Part shown: positions 1-16,215 of the stretch, piece by piece
Numbering within the stretch: the stretch's first letter is position 1
How the letters are laid out: every line of letters begins with the position of its first letter
DNA from: the human T2T-CHM13v2.0 reference genome, Homo sapiens
Length of the DNA stretch: 64,000 bases
Strand: one strand, 5' to 3'
Assembly (NCBI RefSeq): GCF_009914755.1
Contig: NC_060928.1
Notes under the pieces: model-generated
Seen by the model: the letters and a program-made list of their open reading frames with translations, nothing else
Told to the model about the DNA's origin: nothing
The model's database searches: none
Made by a program: the position numbers and the translations under genes

Positions 1-666
1 GCAGGAGAGTAAAACTAGACCCCTATCTCTCACCCTATACAAAAATCAACTAAAAATGGATTAAAGACTTAAATCTAAGACTAGTAACTGTAAAGTTACT
101 AGAAGAAAACATAGTCGATACAATTTAGCATATTTGTCTGAACAAAGACTTTATGGCTAGAACTTCAAAAGCATTGGCAATAAAACCAAATATAGACGAA
201 TATTAAACTAAAAAGCTTCTGCACAGGGAGGGAAACAATCAAAAGAGTGAAGACAGAACCTGTAGAATGAGAGAAAATATTTGGAATCTATTCATCTGAC
301 AAGGCACTAATATTCGGAATATACAAGGAATTCAGACAACTCAATAGCAAAAAAACAAACAAACAAACAATCTTACCAAGAAGAGGGCAAGGGATCTGAA
401 GAGATTTCTCAAAAGAAGACAAACAATGACTGATGGGTATATGAATAAATGCTCAATATCACTTATCATCAGGGAAGTGCAAATCAAACCACGATGAAAT
501 ATTATCTCACTCCAGTTAGATGGTTACCATCAGAAAGATGGAAAAAAATGACAAATGTTGGTGAGGATGCAGAGAAAGGGTAACTTTGCCCAATGTTCAT
601 GGAAATGTAAATTGGTATAGCCACATGGCAAAGGGTGTTGTGGTTTCTCAAAGAACTAAAAAGAGA
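1..666 (+). mobile_element. Old LINE-1 (L1MA-class) ORF2 3' fragment, begins before the window and is cut at ~666
   Basis: Typical L1 ORF2 text: aaactagacccctatctctcacc, aaaagcttctgcacag, ctcaaaagaagac, atcatcagggaagtgcaaatcaaaccac; stops at ctcaaagaactaaaaagaga where another L1 5' end starts. Confidence 0.85.
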
Positions 667-3642
667 GAAAAGGAAGAGCAAGATGGCAACAGAAGGCCCC
701 ATTTATTGCGCCCCCTTCACAGGAACATCAAATTTAACCGCTAGCTACACAAAAAAATCACCTTCTTAAGAAATAAAAATCAAGTGAGCACTCACAGTAC
801 CTGGTGTTAATTTCATATCACTGAAAGAGGCACTGATGAGGGTAAAAAAGACTGTCTTGAATTGCCAATATCACCCTTCCCTGAGCCCAACCACACTGTG
901 GCCACATGGTACAGAGAAATCTATGCAATTGGGAGAAGGAAAGTGCAGCAAATAGACTTCTATCAAAATCAGTGCTGCCCTGTCACAGTGGAAGGCAAAA
1001 TTAGACTGAACTCAGCTGATGCCTGCCCATGAAGGGAACATTCAGACCAGACCTACCCATAGGGGAATAATCCATTCCAGTGATTGAAACTTCAGTTCGG
1101 GCAGGTCTCACCATCACAGGCTGAAGTGCTCTGGGGCATTAAATAAACTTAAAAGGCAATGTAGGCCAAAGAGACTACAAGTCCTAGTACTAAGCTATGC
1201 TCAGAGCCAGTAGACTTGGGGTGCACATGGCTTACTAGACACCAACCACAGCAGTTAAAGAAGTGTTTATGCCATTTCTACCCCAACCCCAAGGAGCACA
1301 ACTCTCAGCTCTAAAAGATACCCTTTGCTTTCATTTGAAGAGAGGAGAGGGAACGGTAAAGAGGATTTTTGTCTTGCATCTTGGATATCAGCTCAGCCAC
1401 AGTACAATAGGACACTGGATAGAGCTGTTAGGCCCCCATTATAGGACCTAGCTCCTGGACAACATATATAGACACACCCTGGGTCAGAAGCAACCTGCTG
1501 CCTTGAAGGGAAGGACCAAATCTTGGCAGAATCCATCAAATGCTGACTAAAGAGCCCTTGAGCTCTGAATAACCAGCAGCAATACTCAGGTAGTACACTA
1601 TGGGCCTTGGATGAGACTTTTAGATGTGCTGGGTTTAGGTGGTGGCTACAGTTAGAGACTCCTTCTGCTTGAGAAAAGCAGAGAAAAATGTAAAGGGAAC
1701 TTCGTCTTGCAGCTTAGGTACCATTTTGGTTACAGTGGAGTAGAACACCAAGTGGGATCTTCTATTCAAGGCCCTGGCAATTGGATGGCATTTCTGGACC
1801 TGCCCTGGACCAGAAGGAAGCCCACTGTCCTGATGGGTGAGTCCTAGGCCTACTAGCATCCACCACAGGCTGACTGAAGAGATCTTGGGTATTAAGTGTA
1901 TATTGGAAGTAGCCTAGCTAAACTCCCTGTGGGTCTGTGGTGGTGGTGGCCACAGAGTATGGTTCCTCTGCCTGTGGAAAGGGAGAGGAACAGTGAAAAG
2001 GACGTGTCTTGTGACTTGAGGACCAGATCAGCCAGAGTAGAATAGAATTCCAGGTAGCCTTCTAAGGTTTTTGACTCTAGTCCCTAACTTCAGAATGGCA
2101 TCTGTAGACCCACCCAGGGCCTGGGGAACTCATCAATCTCAAGGAAAGGACAAAAGCCTGGATAGCTTTGTTACCAGCTAATTGTAGAGCCCTGAGACAT
2201 TGAGCAAACATAGGTAGTAGCCAGGTAGTGGTTGCAGGGAGCCTTGGGTAATACCCAGTGCTGTGCTGGCTTCAGGCCTGACCCAGCACAGTCACAGTGG
2301 TGGTGGCCACAAGAGTGCTTGTGTCACCCACCTCCAACCCCAAACATCTCAGCACAGAGAGAAACTCTATTTGTTTCGGAGAAAGTAAGAGAAGAAAACA
2401 AGAGTCTTTGCCTGGTAACCCAGAGAATTCTAGTTCTTATCCAAGATCACCAATGTGATACCTCAACAAATCTGCAACAACCATAGCATTAGTGGGCTTG
2501 GGGTGCACTTTAATGCAGATATGGATTAGATCAGAACACCCAAGTCCTTTTGAACACCTGGAAAGCCTTCTCAAGAAGGATGGGTACAAACACAGAATGA
2601 AAAAACTAAAATGAATACCTAACTCTTCAATGCCCAAACACCAACAAACAGCCACAAGTATTAAGACCATCCAGAAAAGTGTAATGTCACAAAATGAACT
2701 CAATAAGGCACCATGGACCAATCCTGAAGAGACAGAGATATGTGCCCTTTCAGAAAGAGAATTCAAAATAGTTGTGTTGAGGAAACTCAAATAAATTCAA
2801 GATAACACAGAGAAGGAATTCAGAATTCTATCAGATAAATTTAACAAGGAGATTAAAATAATTAAAAAGGATCAAGCAGAAATTCTGGAGTTAAAGAATG
2901 CAATTGATGTACTGGAGAATACATCAGAGTCTCTTAGTAGCAGGATTAATGAAGCAGAGGAAAGAATTAGTGAGCTTGAAGACAGGCTATTTGAAATTAC
3001 ACAGTCATAGGAGACAAAAAAGGAAAAGAAACAAAAAAGAATCAAGCATGCCTACAAGATCTAGAAAATACCCTTAAAAGGGCAAATGTAAGAATTATTG
3101 TCTTAAAGAGGAGATAGAGAAAGAGATAGGGGTGCTAACTTTATTCAAAGGGATATTACAGAACTTCCCAAACCTACAGAAAGATATCAATAGCCAAGAG
3201 CAAGTAGGTTATAGAACACTCAGCAGATTTAACCCAAAGAAGATTGCCTCAAGGCATTTAATAATCAGACTTCCATAGGTCAAAGATAAAGAAAGAATTC
3301 TAAAAGTAGCAAGAGAGAAGAAACAAATAACATACAATGGAGCTCCAATATGTCTGGCAGCAGACTTTTCAATGGAAACATAGGCCAAGAGTGTATGGCA
3401 TGATATATTTAAAACGCTGAATGAAAAAACGTTTACCATGCAGTAGTATATCCAGCAAAAATATCTTTCAAACATGAAGGAGATATAAAAACTTCCCCAG
3501 ACAAACAAAAGCTGAGGGATTTAATAAACACCAGACCTGCCCTACAAGAAATGCTAAAGGAAGTACTTCAATCAGAAAATAAAAGGATATTAATGGGCAA
3601 TAAGGCATCATCTGAAGGTACAAAATTCACTGGCAATAGTAT

Positions 3643-4049
3643 TGTATTAGTCAGCATTCTCTTATATATATGAAAGTTTATTCAATATTAACTTACACAA
3701 TCACAAGGTCCCAAAATAGGCTGTCTGCAAGCTAAGGAGCAAGGAGAGCCCGTCCAAGTCCCAAAACTGAAGAACTTGGAGTCCCATGTTTCAGGGCAAG
3801 AAGTATCCAGCACAGGAGAAAAATGTAGGCTGGGAGGCTAGCCCCATCTGTCTTTCACGTTTTTCTGACTGCTTTTTCTTTGCTGGCAGCTGATTAGATT
3901 GTGCCTACCAGATTAAGGATGGACCTACCTTTCCCAGCCCACTGACTCAAATGTTAATCTCTTTTGGCAACACCCTCACAGACACACCCAGGATCAATAC
4001 ATTGTATCCTTCAATCCAACCAAGTTGACACTCAGTATTAACCATCACA
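3643..4049 (-). mobile_element. MLT2A (ERVL) solo LTR inserted in the L1MA
   Basis: Minus strand begins tgtgatggttaatactgagtgtcaacttggttggattgaagg and ends ctgactaataca; gtat/agtat repeated on both flanks. Confidence 0.88.
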
Positions 4050-4921
4050 GTATATACGCAGAAAAGCAAAGAATATTATAGCACTGCAACTGTGGTATGT
4101 AAACTGTGGTATGTGGTACTCTGATCTTAAGTAGAAAGACTAAAAAAAAATGAAGCAATCAAAAATAACTGCAGCAACTTTTCAAGACCTAGGTAGTACA
4201 ATAAGGTATAAATAGGAACAACAACATTTTAAAAGTTGGGGACAAAGTTACAGCATAGAGTTTTTGTTAGGTTTCTTTTTGCTTGTTTGTCTATGCAAGC
4301 AGTGTTGTTAACAGCTTAAAAGAATAAGTTTTAAGATGGTATTTGCAAGCCTCATGGCAACCTAAAAATTAAAAATCATACAACAGACACACAAAATTAA
4401 AAGCAAGAAATGAAGTCATACCACTAAAGAAAATTACCTTCACTAAAATAAGACAGGAAGGAAATAAAGAAGGAAAAGAAGACCACAAAACAACCAGATA
4501 AAAAATAATGAAATTGTAAGAGTAAGTCCTTATTTATTAATAATAACATTTAATATAAATGAACTAAACTCCAATAAAAAATATCGAGTGGCTGAATGGA
4601 AGGTATAAAGAAGAAAACCCATGATCTTTTGCCTTCAAGAAACACACAATCTATAAAGACACACATAGACTGAAAATAAAGGGATGGAAAAAGATACTCT
4701 ATTCCAGTGGAAATCAAAAAAGAGCAGGAGCTGCTACACTCATATCTCACAAAATATATTTTAATACAAGAACTATAAGAGAAAAAGTCATTATATAACA
4801 TAAAGGAGTCAATTCAACAAGAGGATATAACAATTGTAATAATATTTACCCAACACTGCAGCTCCCAGATATGTAAAACAAATATTTAAGCTAAGGAAAG
4901 AGATAGATGCCAATACAATAA

Positions 4922-4974
4922 TTTTGCCATTGCAAACAATGACAAAAACAGCAATTACTTTTGCACCAACCTAA
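4922..4974. mobile_element. MADE1 (Hsmar1-derived MITE), left TIR missing
   Basis: ttttgccattgcaaacaatgacaaaaacagcaattacttttgcaccaacctaa followed by TA matches the right two-thirds of MADE1. Confidence 0.85.
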
Positions 4975-5351
4975 TAAATGCATGTAAATTGGAAAAGAAG
5001 AAGTCAAATTATCCTTGTTTGCAGATGATATAATATTATATTTGGAAAAACCTAAAGACTCCATCAAAAAACTATTATTAGAACTGATAAAGTTAGTGAA
5101 GTTCAGGATACAAAATTAACACACAAAAGTCCATAGTGTTTCTGCAAGCCAACAGTGAGCAATCTGAAACAAAAATTAAGAGTGTAATTCCATTTTTAAT
5201 ACCTATAAATAAATTTAAGTACCCAGGAATTAAGAAAGAAAGATGTGAAAGATCTCTACAATGAAAACTATAAAACACTAATAAAAGAAATTGAATAGGC
5301 CACAATAAAATGGATATTCCATGTTCATGGATTTGAAGAATCAATATTATT

Positions 5352-8262
<2,911 letters not shown>

Positions 8263-9300
8263 GAAGAGTTAGTATTATTAAAATGTTCCCACTGCCTAAT
8301 GCAATCTACAGATTCAATGGAATTTCTATTAAAATACCAATGACATTTTTCACAAAAATAAAAAAAAATCCTAAAAATGTAAGTGTAATAATAAAAGACT
8401 CCAAAAAGCCAAAGTTATCCTTAGCGAAAAGAAAATCTTTTTGTATACCTGTTTTCCATTTGTATGTCTTCTTATATCTTCTTATTCTGAAAGAATAACA
8501 TTACCTGACCTCAGATTATACTACAGGGCTATAGTAACCAAAATGGCATGGTACTGCCATAAAAACAAACACATATACCAGGGGTTCACAATGGTGAACA
8601 CAGGAATAAATTCATATACTTACAGCAAACTTATTTTTGACAAAGGTGCCAAGAACATAGATTGGGGAAAGGACAGTCTTATCAATAAATGGAGCTAGGA
8701 AACTGAATATTCATATTCAAAAGAATGAAACTAGAAAGCTATCTTGTGTGTAAAAAGTCAAATCAAGAAGGATTGAAGACTTAAACCTAAGACCTTATAC
8801 TATAAAACTACTAAAAGAAAACATTGGAGAAACTCTCTAAGACATTGGAATGGGCAAGGATTTCTTGAGCAATAACCCACAAGCACATGCAACCAAAGTG
8901 AAACTGAACAAATGGCATCACATCGAGTTAAAAGGATTCTGCTCAGCAAAGGAAACAATCAACAAAGTAAAGAGACAACCCACACAATGGGAGAAAATAT
9001 TTTCAAACTACCCGTCTGACAATTAATTAATAACCAGAATGTATAAGGAGCTCAAATAAGTCTATAGGAAAAATCTAATAATCTGATTTTCTAAATGAGC
9101 AAAAGATCTGAATAGATATTTATCAAAAGAAGACATACAAATGGCAAACAGATATATAAAAAGGTGCTCAACATCACTGATGATCAGAGAAATGCAAATC
9201 AAAACTACAGTGAGATATTACCTCACCCCAGTTAAAATGGCATTTATCTAAAAGATAGAAAATAACAAATGCTGGTAAGGATGTGGAGAAAAAGGAATCT

Positions 9301-9488
9301 TTATTTTTTTAATGTTTAATTTTTAATTTTTGTGGGTACATAGCAGATATATATATTTATGGGTTACATGAGATATTTTGATATAGACATGCAATACCAA
9401 GTAATCACATCACGGTAAATGTGATATTCTTCACCTCAAGCATTGATCCTTTGTGTTGCAGACATTCCAATTATACTCTTTTAGTTAT
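9301..9488 (-). mobile_element. Inverted ~190-bp L1MA 3'-terminal fragment inside the host L1MA
   Basis: Reverse complement aligns with the host's own 3' end at 10096-10280; host ORF2 continues across it (aaaggaatct|catccact). Confidence 0.85.
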
Positions 9489-10579
9489 CATCCACTATTG
9501 GTGAGAATTCAAACTGTACAACCACTATGGGGAACAGTTTGGAACTTTTTCAAAAATCTAAAAATGGAGCTACTACATGATTCAGCAATCCCACTGTGAG
9601 GTATATACCCAAAAGAAAGAAAATTAGTATATCAAAGAGATATCTGCACTCACATGATTACTGCAGCACTATTCAACACAGCCACACTTTGGGAGCAACC
9701 TAAGTGTCCATCTACAGATGAATGGATAAAGAAAATGTGATAGAAATACACAACGTAGTGCTGTTTAGTCATAGAAAAGAATGAGATCCTGCCATTTGCA
9801 ACAACATGGATGTAACTGGAGGTCATTAATTTAAGTGAAATAAGCTGGGCACAGAAAGACAAACTTCGTATGTTCTCACTTATTTGTGGGAGCTAAAACT
9901 TAAAACAATTGAACTCCAGGAGAGAGAGAGAGAAGAAGGGTTGTTATCATAGGCTGGGAAGGGTAATAGGTGGTGGGAGAAAATGGGGATGGTTAGTGAG
10001 TACAAAAGAATAATTAGAAATAATGAATAAGACCTAGCATTTGCTAGCACAACAGGTTGACTATAGTCTGAAATAATTTAATTGTACATTTCAAAATAAC
10101 TAAAATAATATAATTGGAACGTCTGCAACACAAAGAATGAATGTTTGAGGTGATGAGTATCCCATTTACCCTGATGTGATTATCTTTCATTGCATGTCTA
10201 TATCAAAATACCTAATGTAAACCATGAATATATACACCTACTATGTAACCACAAAAGTTAAAAATTAAACATAAAAAATAGAACTTCTAATAATTTCAAC
10301 ATTCATTTATTATTTACTCCACTAATATACCTACAATAATTTTAGAATTGCTGCACCTACACCACTATGACAAACCCACCCAAAAGATTCCAGGTTTTGT
10401 TTGCTCTTTTTCCCTGACTGCAAGAGTGAGTATTTAGTCAAATTTTGTGTAAAAATGTCCTTGAATTTACTCTTTCACACATTTTCTTCCTTCAGTGTGA
10501 TTATTTTATTTATTTGAAAAGAATGAGTTTGTTTTCAGCTTATTTTCTGAGTATTTTTCCAGCCTTATGATATAAAGTT

Positions 10580-12270
10580 ATGTTTTGAATATGTAGAACA
10601 TTAACAGGCTTCCAAAAGTCAAAGTATAGAAAAGTTATATCCAGAACTGTATCATCCCTCCACCAAGTTTTCTCATTATTCCCTATAGGTAAGCAACTTC
10701 ATTGTTTTCTTATTTATCCTCCTGGTTCATTTTTGTAAAGATTATCAGATTATAGTTTTTCATTTACTCATCTTTCTTAAACAAAAGATAGCATTATATA
10801 TCTATATTTATATTGATATAGAAAGATACATCTACTCTTCACTTTTTTCACCTTAATAATTGCTATTTAATATATCTTGGTAATGACCCTATAAAGTTCA
10901 TAGAGCAAGCTTTCTTTTGTTTTTACAGCTGCATAATACACCATTGTGTGTAATAAGTACTTCAGTGTTTATGTCTATGCTTGAAAGAAATCTGTGTTTG
11001 GAAATTTAAGTAACAGCTAATATTTTGCCATCACAAAAAACATGAAATGTATATATGGATTTTCATATTTTTGGATATATATCATTAGGATAAATTCTCA
11101 GAAATAACATTTCTTAATCAAAGAGAAAGCGCATATTAGTTTTCTTAGATATGGTTGGCCCACTGTATCAGCAGGTTCCACAGTCATGGACCCCACCAAT
11201 CAGTGGATGGGAAAAAAAAGTAATAATAAATAACAATACAAAAATGCAAATTAAAACAATACAGTATAACAATGATTTACATAGCATTTACATTATATTA
11301 GGCATTGCAAGTAATTTAAAGATGACTTAAAGTATTTGGGAGGATGTGCATAAGTTATACACAAACACTGTGTCATTTTATATATGGAACTTGAGCATCC
11401 TCAGACTTTGGTAACCACAGGGATTCTGAAGCCGATCCCTTGCTGATAGCAAGAAGCCACTGTTTTGAAAAATTTCCCTCTGTAGACTTTATAAAATTTT
11501 TTATTCCCAACAGCATTTATGAGAATTCTTATATTTTCACAACCTCCACAATAAAAGCTGTTTGCAAGTTTTTGAGTCTTTGCCAATCTGCTGATTAAGA
11601 AGTACTGTCTTCATGTAGTTTCAATTTGTATTTATCTTATCATGAACATTGGATATCTTTTCATATGTTTAAGAACTATTTTTAGATTTGTTTTTGCTCT
11701 TCTTTTTACAGAATCTTCGCCTTTTTTTCTTTTTTAATAAGTTCTTTGTAGTGGTTTCTAACATGTGTTACACATTTTCTCCTAACTTATTTATCTTTTG
11801 ACCTTTTGAACACTTTTCTCTACATAAAAATTTCTGATGAATTATATAGTCAAATATATGTGACTTTTCTTCTATTGTCTCCAGATTTTTTAAATCATAG
11901 TTCTAATGCCTATCCTTATACCTATTTTTCCTATAGTATTTTTAAATTTTCTTTTGTACATTTACATTTTTACATTTTCCACTTTACATTTGCATTTCTC
12001 TTACATTTGGACTTTATTCTTGTTAATGTTATAGAAAATTGATGTAATTTAATTTTTACAAAATGACTCTATAGTTTTCCCAAGAGCATTTCTTAAAAAG
12101 TCCACTTTGCCCTAGAGATTTAATATCCACCTTTTTGATATTCTAGTTTTCCAAATGTAGTTGAGTTAATTTGTGCTTTTTCCATTCTATTTTATTGGTT
12201 AACTTACCTGTTCTTATGAAAGTCCATACTGTTTTTAATTATAGAGGCTTCATAGTTTGTTTACTATCTG
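10580..12270 (-). mobile_element. Ancient L1ME-class fragment (3'UTR and ORF2 end), split by MER2
   Basis: Degenerate antisense L1 motifs: ttttacagctgcataatacaccattgtgtg, ttattcccaacagcatttatgaga, tttgccaatctg...gtagtttcaatttgtattt, atcttttcatatgttta. Confidence 0.6.
11152..11462. mobile_element. MER2 (TcMar-Tigger MITE)
   Basis: aatacagtataacaatgatttacatagcatttacattatattagg...gggaggatgtgcataagttata...cttgagcatcc; degenerate TIRs, left end preceded by TA. Confidence 0.85.
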
Positions 12271-13133
12271 TAGCATTTGTTTCTCTCCATTAAAATGCTG
12301 TGTGAAATGATGTGCCAATTCTACAGATAGAAAGCTCAGCTCTTGGAAAGAAAAAAATGTTACAATTTGTCATTTTTATCAATAAGGCATTTCTAATAGT
12401 ACTCACCAAACTTTATTATCTGACCCTTATTATTATTATTGTTAAATTGAATTTGAAAGTGTGTCATTTATTATTATAGTTGAAAAAAGGTATTTTAAAA
12501 GGAAGGAAGCCAAATATGGTAGATAGAAAATGTAGCCTTTTCACAATTTGCTATAATCTATCCACATTGCAAATAAGAGATCAAAGACAGGTGTTAATGG
12601 GTGCTGCGATTTTAGTATAAAACCAGTTGCTATTTAATGCATCAGGTGGGTGGTGACTCCAAAAATATAAACAGGCAGAGCTTTGGGGTGGCAATCCAGT
12701 TAAAAAGAAAAGTTAGGGGCCTGACTTTTTGATCGTATAGCTATCACATTGTTCTTGTTAATTTTATGATGTTTTCATTAGATGATATGTTTATCTACAG
12801 TGAGTGAAGGATCCCAGTAGAAACCATGGGGTAGGTGAGATTGCTCAAGAAAAAGCTACAGCTTCACTTCCACTATCCCACATACATAGCTTGAGCACCA
12901 CCAAGAAAACTGGAGAGTTTCTTGGAAAACTTTAGGACCTTGGAATCAAGGTAAAACAAAGCTAGGGCAACAGATAATGTATCATTGCAATATTTATTGG
13001 AATGATATATTGCAAAAAAAATTATTCCTATTAATCACAAGTGGAAATACCTGTATAGTTTAGCTTGGTCACCTCAGGACAATTTTACCATTCCAGCTGT
13101 ATTTTTGTATTACACTATGAAGTCTTTGAAGTC

Positions 13134-13525
13134 TGTATTCTGTAAGACACTTTGAATTGCCAGTGACAGAAAGCCAGTTCAAACTGGCTTAAGTTCAAAG
13201 GAAATATACTGCCAAATATTCCAGGGAAGCTGAGGAACGCACACTTCAGCAATGAAATTTTCTAGTTGAATCCATTCTGCATGAAGTCCACTTGGCAGGC
13301 AAGATGGCTGTTTGCAGTTCCAGACTTCCATCCTCCTAGTTTAACAACCACAGTAGAAAATGCTTCTTTATTTTCTCTTTGAAATTACTAAAAAAAGACT
13401 TTGTCTGACCTTGCTTGGCTCATATGCGCACCCTTGGCTCCTGCCATGGTTACATGCCCATTCTGTATCCTGAATGGTGATTTCCTCAAGGAGAAGAAGC
13501 TGCCAGACACAAAGAAGAGGTCTAC
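13134..13525 (-). mobile_element. Old MaLR LTR (MLT1J/K/L-like)
   Basis: ttgccagtgacagaaagccagttcaaactggcttaag...ggcaagatggctg...cagttccagactt...cttggctcatatgcgcaccctt. Confidence 0.6.
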
Positions 13526-14039
13526 TTCAAAGACTGAGTCAAATCTGAGTCACCTTTGTATTCCTCCTCTACAGGTATTCAACCTCCCAGATTTTTAATC
13601 AGTGGATGCCAGAGAAGCAAAGTAACATTGTCACTGATGAATTTATTTAATATGAAAAGAGGCCAAGGTATGTTACTAGAAAGAAAGAAGTAAAGCGAAA
13701 GCAGAGAAGATTGGCAGGTAGGAGAGCAGATGTGAAGAGAAGGGGAAAACATACACAATGTGAAAAATAAGGTGAAATTTGTCTTTGCTTTGTTTTATGT
13801 GCTTGTAGAGAGAGTCAGTAAAAAACCATGGTGACTTTATTCATGAGAGAAATAATTTTAAAACCATGCATAATTATTGCCACCACATTTAGAGAGCCTT
13901 TATAAAACGCCAGTGAGTTTATCTAATTCTTCTCATGACTTGGTTATTGTTAGCTGTGGTATGTCTGTTACATTGTTACAATGTTATGCAACAGTAGATA
14001 TTTTAATGGACAACCCCAGTGGGTTTTGTGTGTATATGC

Positions 14040-14140
14040 TAAGTATAATTACTGTTGTTTTACAGATGAAGATTCTGGAGATAAATTGAAATGCTAAGGT
14101 TATTTAACAATGACATGCTAGAATTGGTAGCCAAGCCTTT
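14040..14140 (-). mobile_element. MIR fragment
   Basis: ttttacagatgaagattctggaga core. Confidence 0.4.
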
Positions 14141-14609
14141 CATCACAATCCTATCACCCAATGCCTGAACTCTCCCATTCCTGTCAGTGAAAACACAAAC
14201 CAACACTGTGGAGGTAATACACAAATGGCAACATGCCCTCCTCTACCCAGATCAACCATGGTTAGCCTTATATCCTCCAGGAGACAGAACACAGGAGACA
14301 CACACATACGTGCAGTCATGCACACAAATCTACCAAAAGCAAAGCATCACTGAGTAATGGAGTGTTGATTGCTGATTTGGAGATTCAAAGGGGTTAAATC
14401 ACATTGTGCAATCTACAACATTATTTGGCTAAATAACTCTTTTCTCCTGAAGCCCTTATGCACCCTGAGGCTCAGGTCCATCACCTAGGAAGCTTTTCAA
14501 AAATATTTCAACAAAGAGACTTTTTCTATCAAGAATTCCAGTAACCAAGCCAAGGAAATACAACTTTTATAAATAATAATAATAATGATAAATTACATAT
14601 ATGTAGCCA

Positions 14610-14780
14610 ACCACATTTATTGCTAACCACCAGGCAATTTTGTAGGATTATTACATTTAATGCTTAGAATATTCCTATGACATTGTTATTGCTATTTTTA
14701 TTTCTCAGTTGCCTAAAGTCACATATTAAATGGAAAAGCTGAAATGTACAACTCTAGTTTAGTCTAAATACAATGCCAAG
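14610..14780 (-). mobile_element. MIR fragment
   Basis: acatttattg...catttaatgcttagaatattcctatga...ttgcctaaagtcaca. Confidence 0.4.
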
Positions 14781-16009
14781 ATTTTTTGTCCAAAGCAGAG
14801 TACTTTTCGATATATGTAATCCACAAATTGGCATGTAAAAACCTTCATTTTACATAAAATATGCATTTCTCTAGGCATTTTATTTAGGTCTCTGGTATAT
14901 TTTGATTAAACTAAGTAAGCAGTTAAAGATCTAATCTCTTGATGTCTTTAGTGTTAAAGATAAATAAGGTCAAAACACTTTTTACATGTAGTAACTCAGT
15001 TGACTATCATCATAGACCTGTTAGGAAGGCACTTTTGTAGTACATTGTACTGGAGAAGAAATAATAAATTCTAAATCCAAGCTTCTCTAACTCTGCCATA
15101 AAAAGTAGGCTAGCTGAAGTTCTCCAGTGCAGTTGAGAGATGATCATAAAGACTCATCTGAGGGTTGCATTCACAGGTGCCTATTAAGATGTCTGGGGGA
15201 TTTATACATCTGCCTCAATAGGATCAAAAGAACAGGAGAGTTAAGACAGTAACAGTCAACACAAGGAAGCACTTCTTAAGAGCCATGGGGAGCCTGACAA
15301 CCAATTTTCATTCCTTTAGCATTTTAAATGTCCTATTTCAAATCCTGTCTCTCCTGTATAAATTATGTGGGTGAGGTGGAAACACAAATTCACTTAAAGC
15401 AACCAACTATTTTTCAATCTTTTTCCTACTTGGGTTACTTTTACCTCTTAGAATTTTCCTTCTGAAGTTCATTCACTTTGACAAAAGAAACAAAAGCAAA
15501 AAGTTTTAATTGTTCAATTTCCTTTCTACCGAATAAAAATCTTATTCCATTGAACCCCCCTTTTTTTATATATTTTTCTTTCTTGCCCAAACACGAATAA
15601 AATTATCACTATTGCCGTTATATTTGTTCCAGGGCTCAGACCTTGGGGCTTTGGGATTTTAAATATTGTTATTATAGTTGTGGGTAACATTATTCAAAGG
15701 AGCCTCTTTTGCTTAAGTCCTTTTAAAATTCAGGGTACATCTTAGAGCTCCCTGTGCACCAACACCAAGTTTTGTTTATGTAATTCAAATTCTTCTTCAC
15801 CTAGATGATTGCCAAATGGAAATTGAAAGTCTTCAAGGACTAAAAATACTTGGTGAACAGTCAGCAGGTTTGCAGTGTCTTTGGCCATGGAAGCTTGGAT
15901 AAAATATGAACAGGAATCAAATTTTAGGTCAGGACAGACATTAAGAGGACAAAACAAGCAATATTGAGCAGCAAAGTGCATAGCATTGCCAACCAATGCA
16001 TGTCAAAAA

Positions 16010-16215
16010 AAGGCTTAGTTCAAATCCAGGGCAAGCACTTGATAACTACCTGATCTTGCTAACTTGCTGAATTTCACTCATCCTCCATCTTTTAATGTGT
16101 GCAATGGAAATAACAGTAGCACCTGCCTTCAAAGGTCTTATAAGGATTAAATAAACTAATGCCTATGAGAAATTTTGAACAATCTCTGACATATATTAAG
16201 AGCATAATATAAAGT
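16010..16215 (+). mobile_element. MIR
   Basis: gttcaaatccagg...aatggaaataacagtagcacctgccttcaaagg...aggattaaataa. Confidence 0.65.

Noticed and set aside
10270-10320. Possible continuation of the 1-666 L1 after the L1MA (aaaaatagaact) with an A-rich TSD
   Set aside because: Similarity fades within ~12 bp in A-rich sequence; nesting cannot be supported.
12985-13015. Inverted repeat ttgcaatat...atattgcaa
   Set aside because: A 9-bp AT-rich stem is expected by chance in 64 kb.
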